From Octopus sinensis (lineage: Eukaryota): a stretch of DNA of 16,181 bases. A program made the translations under genes and the position numbers. This document shows positions 8,713 to 16,181 of the stretch, in pieces (position 1 is the first letter of the stretch; every line of letters starts with the position of its first letter). The DNA lies in NCBI RefSeq assembly GCF_006345805.1, contig NW_021825248.1, positions 1-16,181 of the forward strand, written 5' to 3'. Under the pieces are notes generated by a model. That model ran no database searches, had not been told where the DNA came from, and was given only the letters and a program-made list of their open reading frames with translations.

Positions 8713-11260
8713 AAAGGAGAATTGGATGCTCATATCAAGGAAACCTACAACGATCCGCACCGTAACCAGCCGCTGCCACCTCTACATGGGCTAAATCATC
8801 TCTCAGGACCTGACATCAAATTCCAGATTGGGAACATCAGGGAGAGAGAGGTGAATGACTTTGTAAGAAAAGCTAGAGCAGAGAGTGCCCCAGGAGGTGA
8901 TGGCGTCTCATATAAAGCCTACAAGTACTGCAAACGTCTGCGAAAGAAACTCTTCGTCCTACTCCGAAAACTGTGGCGCGAGGAACAGTGACATATTTAC
9001 AGTGTAACGGATATGTTGATGAATCTCTACAATAGGCCGGAATACCCGGGATCCCTGGATGCGTTGAACACTGTTTTTCGATTTGGAAAGCGATCCAGGA
9101 CGCCAAACAGAACAAGAAAAGTCTGAACGTGGTAAGGCTCCACCTAGCTAACGCGTATGGTTCAGTGCCACACGAATTCCTAATAACAGCCATGGACCAC
9201 TTTCATATTCCTGACAAAGTGATCAAAATAATGAGGATGTACTATGAGAGTTTCGAGGTTGGCATTGCTGCTGGCTGTACAATATCTATCACATTATTTA
9301 ACTTGGTCATGGAGTTGATTTTAAAAGGTGTAGATTTTCCGGAACAAATCGCCCATGTACAATCGCCCAAGAAAGCCTTCATGGATGACGTGTCACTTCT
9401 AGTTACAGATAAACAAATCATGCAGAATGACCTCTTGAGATTAGACGAACTTGTAAGGTGGTCAAGGATGCGATTTAGAGCAAAAAAGTCGCGTAGTCTG
9501 ACATTTGTTAAGGGAGTGCAGAAAGAATTTAAGTTCCGGATATCTGAAGAAAGCATTCCAACAGTCAAGAAAGAGCCCGTCAAGAGCTTGGGACGAGTAT
9601 ACGCTGGAACATTGTCAGACAGAAGTCATGGGATTGAAATTATGAAACAGGCCGAGGCTGGGTTATCAGCGATTGATAATTCGAAGTTACCAGGTAAATA
9701 TAAAATTTGGTGCTTGCAGTTCAGCTTGTACCCGCGACTTGCGTGGCCACTTTTAATATACGAAGTAGCATTGTCACAAGTTGAAAGCATTGAACAAAAA
9801 TGTAATGTGTTCATTAGAAAGTGGCTAGGCCTACCTCATATGTTGAACAACACAGCTCTTTATCATAAAGAGGTTCGTTGCATCTACCAATAGCATCAAT
9901 GGTCGAACTATATAAGCTGGGGAAGATACGGACGGTCATGATGCTGAGAGAATCGAAGGATATGGAAATCAGGCGTAACCCACCAGAGATGAACACAGCC
10001 AGGAAGTGGAAAGCAGAAGCAGAAACTGACGACATTTTGTCTTCTCTTATACACAGAGATATGGTGGGAGCAACGCAGAATCATCGGAAAGGACTTGGTT
10101 TTGGCGCAGATCGGTTCAGACCGTTTGCAAGCATGATGCGGAGTGAACGCAGATCTGTTGTTAGCAACAGCGTGAAAACAAGAGAAGCAGAGAGAAGAGA
10201 GCTTCATTTGATCCGATGTGTTCATCAAGGTCAGATGACGAGATGGGAAGAACATGTTGTTGAGAGGAAGATAAGTTGGGATGAGATGTGAAAGTGGACG
10301 ACATCTCGGCTGAGTTTCCTGATTCGTTCATCTTATGATGTTTTGCCATCACCTACGAATCTAGTAAGATGGAACGTCTCAGAGAATGACATCTGCAAAT
10401 GTGGAAAGGTCGGTAAACTAAAGCATATTCTTTCCAACTGTTCATTAGCATTGAACAGGTACACATGGAGGCACAACTTGGTCCTTAAGGTTATCTTCAA
10501 TGCTATAAAGAACAAATATTCATCTCAACAACACTGAGGAAAAACCGTTGAAAGTACCATCAAGAAATTCATTCTTACCTTCGTGCGCGACCAGGTCAGC
10601 GGATCCGTTTCAAGAAGAAGATCAAGAAACTTCCTGAGAAAAATGAAAAGTGGAACGGCTATTGGGAGGTAACTGCAGATTTACCTGGGTGCCAGGATTT
10701 CTTTCCCATCCCAGTTTCGAAAAAACCAGATATTTTGATGTGGTGTGAAAGAAAGAAAGTTGTAAATATAGTCGAGCTAACGGTTCCTCATGAAGATAAT
10801 ATGAACGCCGCTCGGGCTCGAAAATTGAACCGTTATGAAAACCTCCTCGAGGAATGTGAAGACGCAGGCTGGAAAGTGGAACATTTTCCTATCAAAGTCG
10901 GATGTAGAGGGTTTGTTGGATTCCGCGTGAGACGACTGTTGTTATGGTTAGGTCTAACTCATCGTAAAGTCAATACCACCATGACTGATATCCAATCTAC
11001 AGTGGAGAAGGCTAGCCACTGGATTAGGTTAACAAGAGACGATGAGCGATGGCTAGAAGTATATTGAGTTTAACTTCATAACAAGCTAATCTAGCAAGCG
11101 GGGCCTCATATCAGTGAGGGGGGCCGGTGCGCATTGATGCCGTCGAGAGTTAGGCCCCGAAACGGCGCGCATTCTCTCCTGATGACCCATACACTTGCTA
11201 GCTTCCGGTATACGGAGCTTTAAACTGGTAGCACTTGCATGTGCATGTTGTTTGTAAGAC
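8713..11260 (+). mobile_element. 5'-truncated HERO-type (RLE) non-LTR retrotransposon: RT, zinc knuckle, restriction-like endonuclease and 3' UTR; inactive
   Basis: ELDAHIKETYNDP..KARAESAPGGDG; AGIPGIPGCVEH..LHLANAYGSVPH (first catalytic Asp appears replaced by His); GIAAGCTIS; AFMDD (9375-9389); KSLGR; LPGKYKIWCLQF..YPRLAWPL; SFLIRSSYDVLPSPTNL; CKCGKVGKLKHILSNC..RYTWRHNLVL (10394-); KPDILMW..IVELTVPHE..RKLNRY..FPIKVGCRGF; stop at 11065-11067. It carries stops, frameshifts and two internal RT deletions (~8988, ~9255). The clade is assigned from recalled motif style, and the 3' boundary is approximate. Confidence 0.88.
11091..11201 (+). ncRNA. Structured element in the HERO 3' UTR containing hammerhead core motifs in permuted order
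   Basis: GCCGUC^GAGAG (11139-11149), GGCCCC-GAAA-CGGC (11153-11166) and CUCUC-CUGAUGA (11174-11185), enclosed by the 8-bp stem CUAGCAAG/CUUGCUAG. Stem II next to the core is not satisfied. Confidence 0.4.
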
Positions 11261-13899
11261 ATATATATATTCAAATAAATTCTCTCTCTCTGATCCACAG
11301 ATCCAGTTCACAGATCCTTGATGATCCTACTAATGGACAGTAAAGACACACGAAACCTAGAAAAAAACCTCTATGAATAAATTATGTAAATGTCCCGCCC
11401 TGTGATTTTTATTTGTTCCTCAAGATGAAGGAGTTGAAGGTGACTGTAACAGGGGTCCTGGAGACACTCCCTTTCAGATGAGATTTCAGCTTAGGTCTGT
11501 AGATTATTTTTCGAAAGCTGCACCGTGAGAGGTTCCACAGTTTAATGTGCCTCTTGGTTATCCAAACGATAATCGATGCGAGATGAAGAACTGATTTTAA
11601 TATAAGTCATTTACGCAATTCGGTAGCTTAATAACGCCTACGTTTGATAGGTCCGAAGACGTCAGTAGTAGTACTATTTGGAAACATGGCGGTTCTGTCC
11701 ACTGACATGACACAGATTCCTCTGTCAAGCATCATGTCTATGTTACCGTTGGTGAATGAATGAGGTTCAAACTAAGACTACGCCTGTCATATTGTTTCCT
11801 ATGGCTTCAACTCTATGCGTAAATTGAATGAAGTATGGGTGCTATGCCTTGCCAAAGTGCAATCCGTGTTTTGTCCAGTGCAATGTTTTATCCATATTAA
11901 GCATACCAAAACCCTAAACCTAACCCTATATTTAGAGGCTGTTACCCAGTCTATCGCGTACAGTATACTCATATACAACAACAAGCTATAGAAGAGTACC
12001 TCTCTGTTAAATAATTTACCCAAACCCTCAATTTTCACTATTTTCCTCATATTTAAGGGAAATATATTGGGAAATGTAGTACGAATGTCTATTATGGTTT
12101 ATCGATTATTTTATTAAAGGTCTGGTGTAAACATCGGGTAATGAAATAATGGCCGCAGCGAGCATTAGTCCCAGGGTATTTTAATGTGAATGAACAGACT
12201 TTAGTTCAGCCGGAGAAAATCATCCAACATCCATGTCTTATCAAGTCAGATTGAAATTAATTACGATGCTGGGATATTTAGGTTCAGCACTAAAGAAAAC
12301 CATTCAAACACAAATTCATGAAAAAATAGGCATGAACAATAATGTGAAATGTCTGTAGAAATTTAGAGATATTTGCTAGCTTTTCAGTAGAAGTTCAAAA
12401 AATCCTAGCTTTGAAGACAATGCAATTTCTATGTATATTAGTACGTTCTTCATAAGCTGGTTTATTCGAAAACAAAACAAAGACATTCTGTGGATCCAGT
12501 ATCTTACAATTCTGATGTGATCGTATTAAATTGATGTCCGTTTCGGATTCTGTGTGTCAAAAGACTCCCAGTTCGTCTCCAGTTCTTTCCTTCGCCTGAC
12601 GATATTTCCAAATTATTGTCTTGAATAAAGTTCAAATTGTTTATACACCAAGAACGGGGATTTATATTTTCATACCGTTGAATTCTGACAGATTTCATAT
12701 TTTCTTTCGAATAGGAGTAAAGCAGGCTAGAAACCGATTCACAGGATGACCAAGTCTAGAGGGAAGGAGAAAAGATGGTATTCTTCAACTGAAGAATGTT
12801 TAAGACAATATGGACTTCACCAAAGGCACTTAAAATTACTAGGTGGTGGTTTTGAACAGAGATGTGGTTTAAGACTACCATTGAAATAGGCCATTAGAGA
12901 CAGAGAAAGGATACAGCATAGCCGTGGACATGGTGTTGAAACACGGCCATTTGTAATGGGCTGAAGATTAGACAAGTGTCCTTCACAATCTTACTTGTAA
13001 ACTTACACTTCGCTGAGCATTATTAGCAGTGAAGATATTTATTGGTGCAAGTAGATCCTTTGCATAGCTAGTACGGTATTTTAAAGTCCAATCCTTCTCT
13101 TTGCAGCCAAACCTCGGACCATTTACAATGCTCAAGTGAACACACAATGAAGAAATCTTTCTACATCTGGAACGGTGATACACATCCGGGATTGCATCGA
13201 AAGAAGGGTGACGTGGCTAAATTTTACTCTATCCCTAACAGACATACTCTAACAGCTATCTCGCAGGCAGGATATCTCTTCTCTTTGTTTTGCCACTGTC
13301 ACTGTCATGCTACAGATTCTTGTAGGAGTTGGCTGAGCTCTTGACCCCACCAAGCAGGTACTACCGACTCACTCGTCTATTCCTTTGCTCCTCGATCTTA
13401 AACATCAGTTCGTTTTCAGTATGAACCACTGTGCTAAACACTTCAACCCCTTCATTAATCCTGTAAATGTTGGCCTGTAGCAGCTTAAACGGAACGTTCA
13501 TGGTATCTATCTCAGATTTCATTCAATTCGCGCTTAAATTATGAAAGATGAAAATATCTAACTAATTAAACGGAACGTTGACTTTGCTATTTCACATCTT
13601 CAGATTTACGAGGTTTAAAGAATAACATTAACAAAACATTGCTATTTGCTTTACATTAGGATTTCTCAAATGGTTAAAACGTTCCAAATTTGTTGACAAA
13701 TGGGACTGATCGAATGAATCGATCCACTTTAGTATTTGAATATTTGATTAAAACTTGAAGTGATAATGCGTCATGAAGCCATTTAATGATTAATCGCCTA
13801 GAACATAATTAGTTCTTATGAGCATGAGCATCTAATAATAAGATTCGAGTAGAATAAGCAGAATTCTTATTAGCGGTAACAGATGTGAAGGGAAATGCG

Positions 13900-14220
13900 A
13901 AGAGCGAGAGAAAAGATGGAGTAGAGGGAAAAAGAGGGTAAGGTGAAAGCGAGAGAAAAACAGGCAGAGAGAAAAGGAGGGGAGAAAAGAGGGAAGAGAG
14001 CGTCTATGACGTGTGGTAGGGGGAACGTAATAGTTATTACGTGGTTAAAAATTATTTGTGAAGGTAGTGATAAGAGGAGAGTGAGAAACAGAATTGTAGC
14101 AGAGGATCGATGTTCTGATGGTGAGATTAAAGAAAGGCAGAGAAAGAGAGAGAGAGAGAGAAGAGAGATGATGATGATGAATGTGTTGGTGGTGTTAGTG
14201 GTGGTGGTGGTGGAGGTTGC
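13900..14220. repeat. GA-rich, (GA)n, (GAT)n and (GGT)n low-complexity region
   Basis: Read directly from the sequence. Confidence 0.85.
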
Positions 14221-14310
14221 GTTGGTGAGTGTATGCGAAGAGTGTAATGTTTAATTGATATATTTTTTTAATACCACCTATTACTTAAAGCATGCGCATA
14301 AGTGCAATCG
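14087..14310 (+). repeat. Uninterrupted copy of the interspersed repeat that is split at 1-48 / 2753-2860
   Basis: Anchors at 14109-14131 and 14277-14308 match 23-45 and 2828-2859. Confidence 0.7.
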
Positions 14311-14527
14311 TCTGCTCGCTTGAAAAATGTTATTTGTTTATAAACCAAAGATGAGAGACGATGTAAGCGAACAACAGAAAGAATGAAACCAAATGGGCAA
14401 TGGCACCAAGAGAAGCAGAGGGTCTTATCCAGAAGGACTGAAGGTGTTTTAAAACGACAATTATGTAGAATATACAGAGAAGAGAAGAGACATATACTCT
14501 TTTACACTTTTATATATATATAATATA

Positions 14528-14566
14528 TGTATGTGTGTGTGTGTGTGTGTGTGTATGTGTGTGTGT

Positions 14567-14605
<39 letters not shown>

Positions 14606-14620
14606 TGTGTCTGTGTGTGT
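14528..14620. repeat. (TG)n microsatellite
   Basis: Read directly from the sequence. Confidence 0.95.
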
Positions 14621-14748
14621 CTCCTCAGCATCGCCTGACAACCAATGCTGGTGTGTGTACGTTCATGTAACTTGGCGGTTCGGCAAAAGAAACCGATAGA
14701 ATAAGTACTAGGCTTACAAAGAATAAGTCCTGGGGTCGATTTGATCGA
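14610..14748 (+). mobile_element. SINE-like interspersed repeat fragment, 3'-truncated
   Basis: Homologous to 7078-7290. The core GTTCGGCAAAAGAAACCGATAGAATAAGTACTAGGCTTACAAAGAATAAGTCCTGGGGTCGATTTG resembles, from memory only, a common octopus SINE. Confidence 0.65.
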
Positions 14749-15379
14749 TGTTTCTTTATATCTCTCCCCTTAATGTCACTCTCATTATAAAATTGATCAG
14801 CGTGTCCAATCTCAGCAAAATCCGAAGAAAAATGGTAAGGTTATATCATAAAACAGAATCCATGTGACCATTTACACGAAAATATCCCATTGACATTTAA
14901 ATCTCAGTACATTATATGAATAACAGATGTTCAAAATAAGTTCATTATTTTATTGTGAATGATTTGAAGATTTCCGCCTATCACTAGTTTAATTTTAATT
15001 CTTCTACATGTCTCCGACATTAAACTTTACCGAAAAGTGAAAGTTCATCAAAATCGGATGAATTCTGTAAAAGTTACTGTATAAAATATTAATCCTATGG
15101 GTGATTGCATGCAAAAAGCCTATTGATTACTTAAAATCTCCCGCTCACGCGCAGATATCGATTCTTTGTCAACTCTTCATGCTGGCATCAACTAATACAC
15201 ATGAACTATAATCACGTATAAAATTTCTACAAAATAGATAAGAATGTGTCTAAGAAAATTCTTATTTGCATTTATACCTATTTCAAGCCATTTTGAATTA
15301 AATAAATACCTTCACCCTCTCCCCCACCAAACATTTACCTACACTTCATATTTCAATAAATTCGGATAATAATAAGTTG

Positions 15380-16181
15380 CTGACCCGCCACAGGCCGCCT
15401 GCTTCATTGGGTGCTTGGAGCTAAGAGTTTGACTTGAAAACGGCCTGCAACCTCTGCACCAGGCAAACAACTAAAAGACAAGTACCACCAATCCTGCGGT
15501 TAGCAAGCTGGAATGTCAGGATCATGTGCCCTGGCATATCTGATGATCTACTCAGGGTTGAACACACAAGAAAGACAGCCATCTTTGACTGTGAAATAAA
15601 GAAGCTTAACACAGACACTGCTGGGCTGCAGGAGACAAGACTCCCCTCAAACGGCAAACTCAAAGAACAGGATTTCACCTTCTTTTGGCAGAGAAGCGAT
15701 CCAGAAGAACCTCGTCAGCATGGCGTTCGCTTTGCAGTGAGAAACTCATTACTCCCTTCAATAGAACCACCATCAGGAGACACTGAGCGTATACTCTCAC
15801 TGTGACTCTCGACTTCTTCTGGTTCAGTACATCTACTGAGCATCTATACTCCCACTCTTTATAGCTCAGAGGAGACCAAGGACCAGTTCTACAAAGATCT
15901 CAACTGTGTCATTAAAAATAGAACAACAAATGAAAACATCTACCTTCTAGGAGATTCGTGGCAAATTTGTGTGGGACACCCTGATATTGGCAAAATGAAT
16001 GACAATGGTCAGAGACTACTTGAAATTTGCACATACCATAACCTGTGCATCACCAACACATTCTTTGCCAACAAGACATCACACAAGGCATCTTGGAGAA
16101 ATCCAAGATCTCACCACAGGCATCAGATGGATCTCATCATTACACGAAGATCCTTTCTGAATTCTGTTCACCTGACCCGTA
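15380..16181 (+). mobile_element. RTE-clade LINE, 5' region with apurinic-like endonuclease domain; decayed and running off the window
   Basis: LRLASWNVR (15494-), AGLQETRLPSNG..DFTFFW, HGVRFAVRNSL, ERILSL*, SIYTPTL..KDQFY, LLGD, GKMNDNGQRLLE.C..HNLCITNTFF, SWRNPRSHHRHQMDLIITRR. There is an in-frame stop at 15803 and a deletion after GD. The 5' boundary is approximate. Confidence 0.9.

Noticed and set aside
8701-11270. Target-site duplication for HERO (ACATGTATATAT at 8701 versus ACATATATATAT at 11259)
   Set aside because: A low-complexity match with a mismatch, which cannot be distinguished from chance.
11912-11928. Telomere-like CCCTAA-ACCTAA-CCCTA
   Set aside because: Only about three degenerate units, too short to call an interstitial telomere.
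11400-13400. Possible transposase or LINE remnants (e.g. GIFRFSTKEN, KLWNLS)
   Set aside because: Isolated short peptides without supporting flanking motifs; a tBLASTx or HMM search is needed.
15030-15080. AAAGTTCATCAAAATCGGATG as part of a MITE or DNA transposon
   Set aside because: No terminal inverted repeats or boundaries could be identified.

Overview
AT-rich, microsatellite-dense eukaryotic DNA with no host gene. It is probably molluscan or octopus-like, but that rests only on my recall of the SINE sequence. Most of the window is decayed mobile elements: a Helitron Rep/PIF1-helicase relic (2935-5732, +), an R4/Dong-like zinc-knuckle/RLE fragment (6527-7075, -), two copies of one SINE-like repeat, a 5'-truncated HERO-type non-LTR retrotransposon (8713-11260, +) and the 5' endonuclease part of an RTE LINE (15380-end, +). 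The standout is 121-2702. This is a near-identical tandem array of a non-coding ~472-bp unit (4.85 copies plus a 294-bp inverted piece) inserted into a (TA)n tract. Each unit carries on the minus strand a type I hammerhead ribozyme fold (CUGAUGA / GAAA / GUC) with a palindromic stem III, a non-canonical base of stem II and a long AU-rich stem II extension. The junctions match target-primed reverse transcription with twin priming from a multimeric or circular RNA, i.e. a retrozyme or Penelope-pLTR-like element. A second set of hammerhead core motifs, in a non-circularly permuted order and with an unresolved stem II, lies in the HERO 3' UTR. All ribozyme calls are by-eye structure predictions; activity is untested.
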